This document shows positions 41,016-54,685 of a DNA stretch of 64,000 nucleotides, piece by piece (the stretch's first letter is position 1; every line of letters starts with the position of its first letter). Position numbers and translations under genes: made by a program. Source of the stretch: Octopus vulgaris (lineage: Eukaryota). The notes beneath the pieces are model-generated. The model had not been told where the DNA came from. It did no database searches and worked only from the letters and a program-made list of their open reading frames with translations. The DNA lies in contig OX597816.1 in NCBI GenBank assembly GCA_951406725.2, forward strand, positions 97,526,001 through 97,590,000, read 5' to 3'.

Positions 41016-41229
41016 TTCTTTAATTCGCCTCAGGAGCATAAATAAGTGCGATATGAAAAGGAGAGACATTTGAAATGGAGTTTATTTAACAAATGAAGAG
41101 AAAGAAAGCAAAAATTCGGTGAAATGAGGTAAAAACATACATAGAATACAAACTGTCTGTAAGCACATGAAGGATGCAGACTTACTGACACAGGAGAACC
41201 TCCAAGAAAGGCCAGTCAAGAGACCCTAC

Positions 41230-42080
41230 AGATCCAGGATTACATATGCCACCAATGCACGAGTCGAAGCCCAAATGTGTTTCTTCAACCTACTGATTCA
41301 TGTCTAGAGCAAGTTCACTGACCCTAACCATTTTTACCTCAGTCATTTAGTTATTACAGCTTCACTCTTCCCCTTCATTTTCCCTTCCTTGCGGAGCTAA
41401 AACACATCGATGCGGCTTGCTTAAAAAAGTGTCGTTGGGGGCTTGACTGAAGACATGGTTGATTTTTCTCTATTCTTTCAGCCTCGTCCAGCAGATAACC
41501 TCTGTCGCCATAGTCTCTGAACAAAAGAACACTGCCTGCCTTTTTGAAGTGGGATGTAGGGCAATCATTGCACTAAACTTGGCCAATAGTCTGATTGCTC
41601 CTACATGCGACAAGAGCTTTTCGAAATAACTCCACATGTTAGTAATGGTCGAAGCTTTCGGGAGTGCTTGAATGCCTGCACAACGGATTTGTCTCTATGT
41701 ATGCATCTCGAACAGTTCTGCCTTCAGTACTTCCGTGCTTATGGAATTAATCTCGAACAGGTAGTTTTCAGTAGTACTGCAAAGTTGGGGGATTTCTGAA
41801 GTTACCCATTGTAACTCTGAAAGTTAGGCCTTTAGCTCTAAATCCGAAAGTTCTCCGAAGCAGACTAGCTAGTTCATACTCGTCGACAATTAGAACGTCT
41901 CCGGATATACCTTAGTTGTTACCTAGCACTAGATTTCAAATTGCGAACATAGAATTCCACCACCCGTATTGCATGCGGAGTAGAGCAACCTCAGATACAT
42001 TATGGTTGGGAGATAATAGTATACTCAAACTAGCCGACCTCAGCTTCCATCAGAACGCCTATCCGGCTCCGGAATCTAGT
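41230..42080 (-). pseudogene. L1/Tx1-like LINE C-terminal fragment
   Basis: Minus strand CSRCIHRDKSVVQAFKH...MWSY resembles the CCHC zf-RVT region. Confidence 0.45.
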
Positions 42081-42084
42081 TCCT

Positions 42085-42450
42085 CACCGTGTCCATACGA
42101 AAATCTTTGAACTCCTCTTTGATTTTCGCCCTCAACCCGACTTTGGTATCACTGGCAGAGAGGAGTGCGATGTTCCTCAGCCGCGCCCCACACAGAATAA
42201 TCAATGGGATTAGAATCAAGGGAAGATGGACGCCACAAACTGGAGCTGCTGAAGTTCTAGAAAACTTCTAACAACCATTCCTGACGCTTTCCGGAGATAC
42301 GGCAAGGAGCAGAAATTTGCCGACACAAACATAGTAATTACCAGCAGCAACCCTCTCCAACCAACGATTGATAACATTCTCCATCAGCTTCACAAAGCCG
42401 TCTGAAATGAGCCTAAGGTACTATTCAAAGCGGTGAGGGTGAATTCCGGC
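42085..42450 (-). pseudogene. Tc1/maT-type transposase fragment
   Basis: GNYYVCRQISAPC...QEWL and WRPSSLDSNPIDYSVWGAAE, cf. QQDSAPCH and WPPSSPDLNPLDYSVW. Confidence 0.75.
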
Positions 42451-42669
42451 TTACTGTGTTTCTGCTAGCCACGGTTTCGTAGCTTTCATTAAAGGTGTCC
42501 ATGTTACAGGAGACAAACTTTACAGTATTCGCAGCGCATTGAGCAGCAGTTATCGTGTGTGCATTTTGATACCACTTTTTCCAGAATTTCTTCTCTTTAT
42601 TATTTTTTTTTTTGCGAAATATGTACAAAAATACGGAGTTTATGATTCATGTGTGAGTGTGTGTTCTTG

Positions 42670-42990
42670 ATACTCGTTTAGAACAAGTAGTTTTACACCA
42701 ATTACACTATTTTTTCTTAGTTTAAAGGCCGTGGACTGAAGATGTGAAATTTCCGAAGCCTCCCCCCCCCCTTTCGCGAGCGTGCATTTTTTTCATGATA
42801 GTCGTTTAGAGCAAGTTGTTTTACACCTATTACGCTTTTTTTGTTTTTGTTTTTGTGCCCGGTTCAGACGCTTTCGGAAATTCCCGATATAAATTTTCCG
42901 AGGCCTCTCCCCCACCCCCCTTTCGCGTGCGCGAATTTTCTTTTCATATTCGTTCATAGGAAGTTGTTTTACACCTATTACACACATTTT
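42670..42990 (+). repeat. Degenerate ~130-150 bp tandem repeat (about 2.3 units)
   Basis: AAGT(A/T)GTTTTACACC(A/T)ATTAC occurs three times and TTTCCGA(A/G)GCCTC-Cn-TTTCGCG twice. Confidence 0.7.
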
Positions 42991-43028
42991 TTTTTGATTT
43001 TCTGATATGCGTAACGCCCTATATTAAC

Positions 43029-43142
<114 letters not shown>

Positions 43143-43232
43143 GGAGAGCGAGAGGGTGAGAGTGGGAGAGAGAGAAATAGATAAATACGTAGATAGTTAG
43201 AAAAATGGAATAAACGACATTCTTCGTATAAT

Positions 43233-43338
43233 ATCACTACAATTGTTTCGACTCATTTTTACAGCCATAGTATATTTTCGAGATGTTTTGTAATAATGAT
43301 CAACTATCCGAGGTGTAAAATGCGCCTCCTCAGGTGAT
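43233..43338 (-). ncRNA. Type I hammerhead ribozyme with long stem II
   Basis: Minus strand: AUCAC-CUGAGGA-GGCGCAUUUUACA...UGUAAAAAUGAGUC-GAAAC-AAUU-GUA^-GUGAU. 5-bp stem I, G-C-closed stem II, palindromic stem III ACAAUUGU. Confidence 0.78.
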
Positions 43339-43791
43339 TGTTTAGACATCTTTAGTTTGATCCTACTATCCTTTGACTAAATGTGAGTGTGCATACCAAT
43401 AGCACACTGCTATTACACAAACTCTCACCAATGTACTCCGAGTGTAAAAACGTGTAGTTTTTAATAAATAATGTCATACATTCTGTTTCCTACCATATTT
43501 CTATTTATGTAAATTCTATAGATACTATGGAATAACTGGTGGATATACAGTAGCAAGAGCACTTCTAGTGTGACAGGACATCAGGTTGCCAATAACTGTG
43601 GACGCGTTTTGCATTGCATATTACAAGATATTTTGCCGAATATGTTACTATACATAAAATTTTACAACATTTATCTAACGTAACGACTTAAATATATTCT
43701 TTAACCATATAACACAAGCCTTTGCAGTTTATCACTCTTTTTTATTTTCTATACATTCAACCACGTTCTTTCACATACCAACTCTCTCACT

Positions 43792-43879
<88 letters not shown>

Positions 43880-44299
43880 AAATATACATTTTGAAAATGC
43901 GTTGAGAATAGTTAAAATATATTTTATTACATTTAAAGATTTAACCGGTTTCTCAGTTTACACTAATTTTCAAAAGTTGAAATAGAAATGTCGCAACAGT
44001 TTTGCTTCTGACTAGTGTTTGTCCTAATTCTATAGGGATTTCATGGCTCAAATTACTATATGTTTTGAAATGGACTTCATTAGTAGACGATGGTCACATG
44101 ACTGGTCATAAAAACCCGCTTCACTGTAAGTTTCCATTAGATTAAAAGGCTACGAAATAATCTTTTAATCCGAGGGTAGATGGCGGTTTTCTATTTGAAT
44201 GGCACTTTTCTTTTGACAACCCTTAACTATGGTAGAGATTTGCAGAGTGTTATCAAAAAGATCGTAGCAATGATCTTTTATTTCAAGTTCGTATTTGAC

Positions 44300-44900
44300 G
44301 AACTGCCGAATTAATGTTATGTGGGCACACGGAGCGCAAATCGAAGGTTTGTTGTGACTATGACCATTTAGAGAAGTTAGAGAAGAGATCCATTAGTGGC
44401 CAACTCCTTTCCATATACGGTGGTTTGTTTGCAATACAAAATTTGAGCATCAATGCAAGAGCTACTCGATTTTACACTTTGAAGATTGATACTTTTAATG
44501 AATGTCTATATTCACAGTCCTCCATGTACACATATATAGCGGCTTGAGCGAACAGTAAGCCTGAAATATTCTGAATTGCGTATTTCGGAAGTTCCCATTC
44601 TATAGATCATTGCACCGTGTCTCCTCTCCAATTTTTCACATTAGTACTGCCATCAACTATTGTCAGGGGCAAGTAAGAGAACTGCATTACCGACTATATG
44701 GTATAATTCTCCTCTTTTGTCTGATGGTAGGTATTCATTACTCTTGATATAGATGGGCATTTCTTTTTCCAAGATGAGTATGAGTATTGTAACACTGGCT
44801 TGTGGTTAATTCTTGTGCATAACCTCTGTGATTGTCGGAATCCCTTACGTACTACTCACCGTATGAACAGGTTGCATGATATACACCAAAGCCTCAAATC
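44300..44900 (-). pseudogene. Possible decayed PLE GIY-YIG fragment
   Basis: LVYIM..C..GE.YV-like remnant at ~44840-44895; same strand as the hammerhead motifs at 43233 and 43940. Confidence 0.35.
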
Positions 44901-45719
44901 TCAAGCGTCAGCAACTGTCTGGATGACAGCAAGGAGAAAGGTGATAAATGAATAATCGGGATAACTATTGGATAGCATGCTAATGTATGAAATATTACAG
45001 CAAGGGAAAAACAATAAATCTTAACTGTCATGAAAGACTTTATGCTTATCCTAAAGCCGATATTGTTTTCTGGTTTACATATACGCATAAATACGTACCA
45101 ACAGGTATGCATGCACACACATACACAACACATACATACATACGTAACTATATGTTTCGTTATGTGCGTATGTGTATATATATATAATGTCCACAAACAC
45201 ACACGTGCACACACATACACACACATTCGTATACATACATAGCAAGTGCACAAATATATGTATATTGCTTCAAACACGGATGCAAGAAATTACTCAATCT
45301 AATGTTCTCTCGAGGCAGCAACCAAAAGAAGTAAAGAGAAAATAACATTACAGCAATAAAACATAGACGATAGTAACAACAACAATAACAATAGCAACAT
45401 CAGAGGCAGCAACAGCAACAACAACAATAAATTCATCTGACTTCACTTATCAAATCACCAATTTGCAATAACAAAATACTACATCTTCAACAATAGCATT
45501 AGACAGACAAAATCCGAAACAAATGCAGCAACTAACAGAAACTAAAGAACATCCAAAGCAACAATAAAGAAAGCAGTACACATCTAATCGATCACAAGAC
45601 AGCGAGTAGGCATCCACGTAACGCTCGTCTTGCTAGAAATAGCAATGAGATAACTTGAGTTATAACATGTTATTTGAAAGTCGGAGGAATACATTTGATA
45701 AAACACTCCTATAAATGTT

Positions 45720-45863
45720 AGGTGAGTTAGCTCTATGCTAAGAAGTTTACTTCCCTACCACATAGTTCCAGGTTCAGTCTCACTGTGTGGTGCCTTGGGC
45801 AAGTGTCTCCTACTATAGCCTTGTGAGTGAAATTGTTGAACGGAAACTGAAAGAAGCCCACCG

Positions 45864-45904
<41 letters not shown>

Positions 45905-45951
45905 ATATTTATATATATAATCAAATAAACAACAAGGATACCATACCTAGA

Positions 45952-46001
<50 letters not shown>

Positions 46002-46478
46002 GGAATTGACAAAAAAAAAGCAAAATAAAACAAAAGACGACGACAAGTGTGTAAAAAGCAGCAAACAGGTGTATAAGTTTCGCGCTCAGGAAGGTGAGAA
46101 GTCTTTTACGTTTCAAGCCTACGCTCTTCAACAGAAAGGAACACGAGAAAATAAACAGAATGAGAATAAAAACGGAGAGAGAATAAAAGCTTTAGTGGCA
46201 AGCGGTCAATGCATGTGTGTGTGTGTATGTATGTGTGCATGTTTGTGTTTGTATGTGTGTCCTTCTGGCTGCGTTCGCCGCCCACCAAGGCTTCACCTGT
46301 GTTGGTGTGTTTACGTCCTCGTAATTAGCAGCTTGGGGAAGATGTCCGGTAGAATAAGTACCTAGCTTAGGAAAAAATAAATAAGTGGTAGAGATTGATT
46401 CATTCGACTAAATCTTTTTCAAAGTGGTGCCCCAGCATGGTTGCAATCTAATGACTGATAGAAGTAGAAGATAGGAGA
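45720..46478 (+). mobile_element. SINE family B copy interrupted by a hammerhead-bearing insert
   Basis: Head GGTTCAGTCTCACTGTGTGGTGCCTTGGGCAAGTGTC and 3' half GGTGTGTTTACGTC...GCCCCAGCATGG, with extra sequence at ~45920-46210. Confidence 0.75.
46103..46138 (-). ncRNA. Minimal hammerhead-like motif with variant core (CUGUUGA)
   Basis: Minus strand: CUUU-CUGUUGA-A-GAGC(GUAG)GCUU-GAAAC-GUA^-AAAG. Stems I and II pair, stem III is reduced to palindromic ACGU, and A6 is replaced by U. Confidence 0.62.
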
Positions 46479-46749
46479 TAGATGAACATTAGAAAAAAAA
46501 ACCAAAAAGAAAAACAAATTGATTGCTGGAATGACTTTAATAATATATTCTCTTGTACTTATTTTAACTGGACGTTAAGTTAAACGTTGCTGTTAATGAC
46601 GAAAACAACAACGTCAACATCAACAGCTGAAATAATAATAGCAGCATTAATAAAAGAATAACAACAATAATAACAAGAACAACGCTGCTACAGTGATCAT
46701 AATACACATGGTGGAAGAACTAACATGTTCGTTGTAGCAACCAGATATA

Positions 46750-47464
46750 TTAAGTCGCCCCATAAATAATGCGGTTTTTTCAATTGCATGAGCTAAAAGT
46801 CAGGCGGGGTGGAATAAACTACATGCATCAACTTACAATAAAAGCAGGTAGTAATGTTACCTTGTCCTTATTCTTAGAGTAAGTTTTGAAGAGTGCAGTT
46901 CAATTTCAACAGTTATGTTTCCAAAGCTATAATGGAAGTGACAATGGAGCGTATTCGGAATATTTTCCTTTGTGAGTTCAATAAAGGCAAGAACGCAACG
47001 GTAAGTGCGAGGAATTTTAATGCAGTATATGGGAATCAGACAATAAGTGTAAGCCAGTGTCAACGGTAGTTCCAGAAATTCCGAACCGGAAACTACAGCC
47101 TAGAAGACGGTCCTCGTCCTGGAAGATATGTAGAGCACGACAAGGACGTCCTGCAAACCCTATTGGAACAAAATCTCAATAATATACCACCAAACAAATA
47201 ACAATACCTTACGTGGGTGGAGACTTTCTTGAGCCTGAGATGCCAGTGTTTCTCCTTTTCCTACCCACAAGGTCAGAACTGTAGTGGAGGAGTATTTTTC
47301 GTCACGTACAAGTGAGTTTTGAAAGAGAGGCTTTGCAAGCCTAACAGATAGAAGGAAGAGCATTGTAGAAAATAAAGAAGCGTATATTTTATATTATAAA
47401 AGCGCTTTATCTTAATTTTGAAAATTCAAAGTATAACACCCGCACTATTTAGGGGATGACCCAA
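46750..47464 (+). mobile_element. Internally deleted mariner element with both TIRs
   Basis: TIRs TTAAGTCGCCCCATAAATAATGCGG and CCGCACTATTTAGGGGATGACCCAA flanked by TA. N-terminal HTH MEVTMERIRNIFLCEFNKGKNAT...FQKFRTGNYSLEDGPRPGR with an in-frame stop. Confidence 0.88.
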
Positions 47465-48904
47465 TATTTCAACTTACAAAATAATAAAGGAAGGACATAT
47501 TCGAAGATAAGTTGTTCAGGAATGGGGTGTCTTTTATTACAGTTCTACTGGGATCAAGTTACAACAATAACAATAAAAATAAAGGCAGAGATAAAATGGC
47601 ACATAATATATTATATTTGTAGATAGACTACGTATCGTATCGGTTCGCAGAATGGATACAGATCGACCTCCTGCAGGACCACGACTATACATAATCCGGG
47701 GCTAAACTACAAAGACTGGTAGAAGAGATGTATTTACAACGATGCAAAGAAATATCAATAAACGTTATCTACTCCTCTCGTTGAAAACATGACCGCCATA
47801 ACATCTGATATATTTACATCATTGTTAATATTTACTTGAGTATTTACAGTAGTTGATGGAGCTGACACTGCTCCTCCTGTTGTGGTTGTTTAACTTTAAT
47901 TCGAAGGTTAGATTTGTTTGGCTCCATGCAACTTAAAGGTTCGTGGGTTCGTGGGATCGTCAAACGAACCTAACTTGTCAGGCAAAAATAAACGAATGGA
48001 GTAAGTTGAAGATTATTTTTGGAGATTGTACTGTTATTGGTTAAGACAGGTCACATGGTGTTATTGATATTGATAACGATATAGTAGTGATATTCGATGC
48101 ATATACCAATCTATATTTCTCAAAATGCATACAGGGAAATAATGTTGGTGGTGTCTCTATGTTTGGGAGGTGGACTGAGAATACTCAGCGACACCAGTAC
48201 CCCGGAGTACGTTTATATTTATTTGCCGCATGCGTGAATTAGCGTGTGTATCTTCAGCCTGTATGTGTGTGTCTGCTGTGTGTGTGTGTGTGTCTGTGTA
48301 CGTGTGTACGTGTTGAAGCTAGCGCGTATGTTCGTGTAAGACTGCGTATGTATCTGGTGTGTTGGGTGTGAAATTGGTGCGTATTTGTATCAGCTGTGTG
48401 TGTTTGTGTATGTGTAAGTATGCGTGAGCTTTTGTATATGTCGTATGTGTATGCCTGCGTGCTTGTCTGTTATGCACGTATGAGTACATATATGAAAACA
48501 TCTGGTATGCGTATATATGCTTATTTCTGTATTTATTTGTTTGTTTGTGTGTGTGCTTACTCCCTTGTATGAATGGTTGTGTGTATGTTTACATGTGGTG
48601 CAGCTGTATTTGGATGTCCCTAATATTCGTGTGAGCGCGTATGTTTGGCACATGTACGTGTGTTCTAGTGTGCTCTGGTGAGTAAGTGCCCGTATACTAA
48701 TGTGCTGGTGTGCTGTGCTAGCACGCAATTGCACCATCATGATTTGGAGACTAACCTGATTTGTTGTTGGATTACGATTAGGTGATGTTATCAAAATACA
48801 GGAAAGGGTATATTCATACACACACCCGCGCGCACACACACACACGCGCACATACACACATTAAGACAAACATGAAAAATTACTGAAAATATGTAAGTTT
48901 GGAA

Positions 48905-49550
48905 GGTCTAGATACATAAGTCTGTTGTCTGTAGGGGCAGTAGTGGGTCAGTACCATGCTCTTGCTTACGGGGAAAGGGCAAGCTTAAAGTGGTATAAGT
49001 GTGCTGTCGGCGACCAGTGGCTTGAAATACACGTGGAGGGCATATATCCGGTGGCAACAATAAAACAGTTAGTTCTTCAAGATGTTGGATACAGCATCTT
49101 GGTGGAAAATATAAAGATTCTCGTGGAAGAAGAGCGAGCATTTGCGGGCTCCGGATGAATATGGTGGGACCTTGTCAGGAATACTCTATTTCATATTCAA
49201 GTAGTCATTCCTGAGATAGCGAAGTCTCCATATAAAGTGGAACGGGGAGATAGAACTTACCCTATTCTTAAAATTAAGGGAGTGCATATGCTGTGTACAT
49301 CATCCAGTAAAATCTTTGGTCATCTTACCTGTGTACTGCTTTGTGAGATTGAGACTCCATGTAACCCTCATGGAAGTCCAAATCTTCATTTTCATGCTTA
49401 TCCTAAAGGATTTTCATTTTATATGGTGTCCCTCCCAGTTGGTTGATAAACAATGCGCAAGTGGCGGAGGTGTATGAATGTTCTGATTCGACCGTGTTAT
49501 CACCTTTGATGGGCCGTCATCGGAAGCTGCGACTTTTCGCCCGGGAAAAT
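48905..49550 (-). pseudogene. Penelope-like GIY-YIG endonuclease C-terminal fragment
   Basis: Minus strand DKVPPYSSGARKCSLFFHENLYI...LFYCCHR, cf. PLE IL.KA.PY.NG.K.C.LC..EK..I...CRH. Confidence 0.6.
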
Positions 49551-51230
49551 CCCTTTTAAAGACGTATATTAAAAACAAACAAACAAAATACACAGCAGTA
49601 CTTAGTGTTTTATACCTACTTAATGCTATCGCACAGAAATATCTTTACTTTCATTTAGAGAATCCATTCGATGCTTCACACCACTTCTATTACTACATTT
49701 TCGTTTCTATTTCTGTTGATATCACCAGAAGCTGCTTAATGTATCCTGGATAACATTGAACTTGAAGTGTGTGAAATATCTATTTAAAAGTTGATGCTGA
49801 AGTTCTTTAGCTATTAGATATAAGCTTTCCACTCCCACGCAGATGCATTCTTTACTGTTGTCCAACTCTCCAGTCTTAAAGAACTATTTCGATCGACCTT
49901 GTCTAAAGTTTAATCCCTCCTATGTGGTTTCGACACGACTGAAAATATATACCTTTACTCTTTGTACTGCATCCCCATGAGAACATTTCCTTTAGGATAT
50001 GCGTCAAGCATTCTAAATATCTTTGTAAGAGAATATACATATAAGTATATCTATATATATCATGCTTCTTTTGTTTTTGCTTAATTACAGATGGAACTCG
50101 TGCTCATCGATTAGCCACCTAGTGCTGGATTTCTTTGATCGGCATTTATGTTTTTAAATGCCTGTGTCAAGTGGACAGAAGGAAGGATGTATCATTAAAT
50201 CGGAGAGACGTGGCTAGCATACAAAGAACAGAGTTGATATCCATGAATGCAGGAAGAATGTTGGTTGGGTCAGCAAACTAAATCAGAACGTAATGAGCTG
50301 GAACATTTGCGACAATGCATCAGGTATAAAGCCCCAGCTCTCCAAAGCCCCAGTTCGGTCTTCAAAACAAATTCAATCATGACTAAGCCATATTTGTAAA
50401 TATCTAGGAATCTGGAATTTCAGTGGCCAATGTGTAATAAGGTGGGGCGGTATGCTTTAAGGCAATTTTCTGCTATTTGTAGTAGATCAAACAACTCCGT
50501 AATATTTCTTCTTTCTTTTGCTGTTCACGTTGTTGTTACCGTACTTGAACTTCTGCTAATGGCGGCTTTTTAAATTCATTTTTAGCTGAGTAAGATAGCT
50601 TCCACGTCTTGCTCTCTCACAGGTGTAACATTTCGATTTCATACTAGACAACTTGTAGCCTCTGCTATGAGAGAGAAGCCCAAAATTCCATAATTATACT
50701 CAAGTCGATCTAAAGAGAATTGCTTACTCGTCATATTCTGTCAGCCTCAAAACTATCCACTGATTCAAGTGTAGTGGCACATTATGTAACATCAACGTTA
50801 TAAACCAAACACCTATGCATCACGTCATCAGAGACACACATAATGGAGCTGCCATTTTCGTTGTGGATATTTCTGTTTCAGTTGTTACTGTTTTACACAG
50901 TCAAATAATTCTTTTGTGCTGTTATTGTCGTTAATATCACGATAGATGTACAGAAAACATTACTGCTGCTGTTGCTATTGTTCACCATTTATGCTGACAC
51001 ACAATACTGCTATCACAAAAATCCCCCCATTTTTATTCTGTTAACAGCCGTTCCCTTTTCATCAATTCAGATGTCAACGTTAAATGATAATATATTACTT
51101 GAAAGAAGAAGATAAGGTGAATGGTTTTGTTTCAATGATTGCAATGTTTGGAAACATCTTTGTTCCTTATTTGTATAGGTTATACATACATACATACATA
51201 CATACATACATACATACATACATACATACA

Positions 51231-51261
<31 letters not shown>

Positions 51262-51884
51262 TCATTCTAGATGGAATAGCGAGAAACATCTGGTTTATCT
51301 TACTGCTTCGCTATGTAATGTAACTATTATATTTTATGTTAGTTTTCCAATCTTCCATGCGACATTACGGGGATTTCCATCTAACACTGTCCCTTTATTA
51401 GAATAAAACGATTCTTTGAAAATTATATCTTAGGAAAGGATCCCCCAAATTTCTATAGAATAGATAAAATAATTACAAAAGAAATATTAGAAACATTGTC
51501 GAAAACCCAATTTTGAATAAGAATACGTTTCCAAATGTAATAGTTAGTTAGAAGACTACGGGGAAAGCAAAGAAATTGAAAATTTATCTCTCTCAAACAT
51601 TACAGCATTTGTTCTGACACTTACTCTGAACAATTGCAGAAAGTAGAGAAGATTTGGTATTGATAATATCCAAAATCATTGGTGCTTATTGTTTAACATA
51701 TTGCACTGTGAATTATTGTCAGAATTCTTGATGTGTTTGGGGTATACATTAGGGAACACTCAAGCACTTTTCCCTTTTGTAATGAAACAAGTCCAAATGT
51801 CGCCTTATACTCTTACAGAAGAAGCATTTGGCTCTCTGCTAAAGACCACCATCTTAATTTCGTAGCACTCTACATAAATATCCC

Positions 51885-52072
51885 CATTTTCGAGGAGGGG
51901 TAAAATCGATTATATAGGCCACAGTGTTCAAATAGTACTTATTTTATCGATCCAGAAAATATGAAGGGCAAAGTCGACATCGGCGGTATTTAAACATAGA
52001 GCGCAAAGACGAACGAAATGTCGCTAGGCATTTTGACCGACGGGCCATTTAATACGCCAGCTTGCAGCCTTA
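51885..52072 (-). mobile_element. SINE family A copy
   Basis: Reverse complement of consensus. Confidence 0.78.
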
Positions 52073-52149
52073 TAGTTGTTGATAATATTGTCAGACTTTT
52101 GTTGTCGCTCTTTGAATTGCAACGTTAATAATAAAATAAAAATAAATGC

Positions 52150-52395
52150 GCCCTTTTTAATGCTTAGCCAGGCTCATGGGCCCGATTTCCCGGTTTCTAT
52201 GGCATATGTGTTCAACAGCTGGACGGGACGCCAGTCCATTGCAGCGTTACTCATTTTTGCCAGCTGAGTGGACTGGAGGAACGTGAAATTAAGTATTTTG
52301 CTCAAGAATACAAGGCGTCGCCCGGTCCAGTAATCGAAACTACAATCTTACGATCATGATGGTCACACCCTAACCACTAAGCCACGCGCCTCCAC
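52150..52395 (-). mobile_element. tRNA-derived SINE family C
   Basis: Minus strand GGAGGCGCGTGGCTTAGTGGTTAGG (A box) ... GTTTCGATTAC (B box); related copies at 7400-7612 and 38925-39090. Confidence 0.78.
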
Positions 52396-52849
52396 AACTT
52401 TAATAACAGTTTTATGTATTTCTATCTGGTAATATTCATGCATAAAATGAAAGAATTGCAAGTGCATTAAAATATAGAAAGATAACATATTGATCTACGA
52501 ACAGCATTAGATGCAATAGGACAGGTTGACAAAAGATATGTTGCAATATTGTAAAACAACAGAAAAATAAAGAATCGCAATCATTACACAAAATTAATAT
52601 CGAACACTGGATGATTAAAAAGACACTTTAAAAAGCTTACTGTCACTCCTTCATACGTATGACGCATTTCAGGCTACACTACATCTCACCTCCCTACACT
52701 TCAGATCAACTCACTCTATCATCTCCGTTTCAGATATTTATTCCAGATATGTGTTCATCCAGTAAGTTTTGTAAACAAATTTCGGGCCAAATAAGCAGAA
52801 CGCCCACATTATGTCTAGGCTGAACTGAGTTTGGCACGAAATTTCCATC

Positions 52850-54405
52850 TGGTTAACGTTCGCTCTCTTCTTTAGCCGATTGTTTTATTATTGGAGAGTT
52901 ATTTTGCACCTGCCTTTCTTCACTGTCACCTGTTGTTGTTGCTGATTCAGTTTTTGTCCTATCCAATCCACAAAAGCTGTCGAGTAATGATACCGCCCAA
53001 GTATTTACAGCGTTCACTAGATTCGGACAATTTAGCTTCTCCAACCTTCTAATGTACTCTTCCTCAATTTTCCTTTGTACTCTGTCAGATTCAAATACTC
53101 ATTGATATTTATATCTCTTTCCTTCTTTCAAAGAGTCAACGTCTGACCATCAGGGAATTGAATGACTTCATTGTTGACTACTTGTCCCCTTTAAATGACT
53201 AATATTGTACGCTTATCTATGCCAAATTCCAAGCCTAGATATTTGCTGAAGTCTTACACCCAGTAATAAAGAATCTATCTCTTTTTCATTCTTACTAAAA
53301 AGCTTCAGATCATCTATATAGAGGAAATGGTTAATTTTCCCCTTTACTATTTCTGAACTGATACACTCCCTTTGCCTTGCTTTATACTAAATTGAGGGAG
53401 ATCAAACATAAGACAAATTTAAAAGAGAACAACGTGTCTTGTTGGAAAATTCTTCTCTTGATACTAACTTGTCCTAAGAGTGTGTCACATGAATAGAGAT
53501 CTACTTTCTATTTCTTCGCGCTAAAGCTAATTAATTCTCTTATGTTGTCTGCTAAACTGAATATATTCAAAAACTTCACTTATCCATGAGTGTGGGATCA
53601 TGTCATAGATCTTCATATAAGCTATCTAGGATATTGTTAGATTTTCTTTCTAGCTATTATTTCATTTAGAATTGCTGTGTTTATGTATAATAGATTATGC
53701 GTTCCTCTAGCCTTCTTCCTGTAACCTTTCTGTTCTTCTAACAGTAAATTCTGGTTGTCAAGTTCCTCGTAAGTGCTTTCTGAAAGCATTCCTCTTAACA
53801 GCTTCCACACTAATGGTAAGCAAGTGATTGGTCTATAGTTGCTAGCTGTATTATCTTTGCTCTTAACTTTCATAATGAGTAATGTCCTCCCTCTGGTCAT
53901 CCAATCTAGTATTATTCCTCCGTTAAGGCAATTCGGAGGTTGTTCCCTTAGCCTCCCACGTAAACTACTAATTTTTTTAGCCATTACCCGTGAACTAAAT
54001 CTGGTCCCGGGCCCTTCTAATTCAGCATTTTTCCTAACACATTACTCATTAATGCAATAAGTTAGTCTTAGATGTGGCTGTTCTCTCTCACTACTTCTTC
54101 CCTCACTTTCTTTAACCATACTGCATCTCCAATATGATTAACTTGTTTGTCCCAAATATTGTTCCAGAGCTTTTTAGCTTCCTCTGCATTAGGTTTACGA
54201 TATTCAGTACTTCGTTCTCCACTATTTGCTTGGTTATAAAATCTCCTCTGGTCTGTCTCAAATAATCTATTCTGTTAAAACTGATCCATTCCTTTCTAAT
54301 ATTTAGAGAGCTTGCCTCCTACTGCTATGGCTTGCTGTTTCAACTCTTCTATGAGTGTCCGACATCCTTTCTCTTTGTCTAGATTTGCATCTTGTGTTTC
54401 CTAAC
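52850..54405 (-). pseudogene. R4/Dong-like non-LTR retrotransposon RT fragment
   Basis: NYRPITCLPLVWKLL, EEQKGYRK, NHFLYIDDLKLF (YxDD), KLNCPNLVNAVNTWAVS. Confidence 0.85.
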
Positions 54406-54500
<95 letters not shown>

Positions 54501-54548
54501 ATTATTATTATTATTATCGTCATCATCATCATTATTATTATCAGTAAT

Positions 54549-54595
<47 letters not shown>

Positions 54596-54667
54596 ATAGT
54601 AGTAGTAGAAATAGTAGTAGTTGTAATAGTAGTATTCGTCATCGTCATCGCCGTCGTAGTAGTAGTA
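54406..54667. repeat. (TTA)n + (TAG)n microsatellite
   Basis: Directly visible. Confidence 0.96.
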
Positions 54668-54685
54668 AACATTAGCAATAATAGA

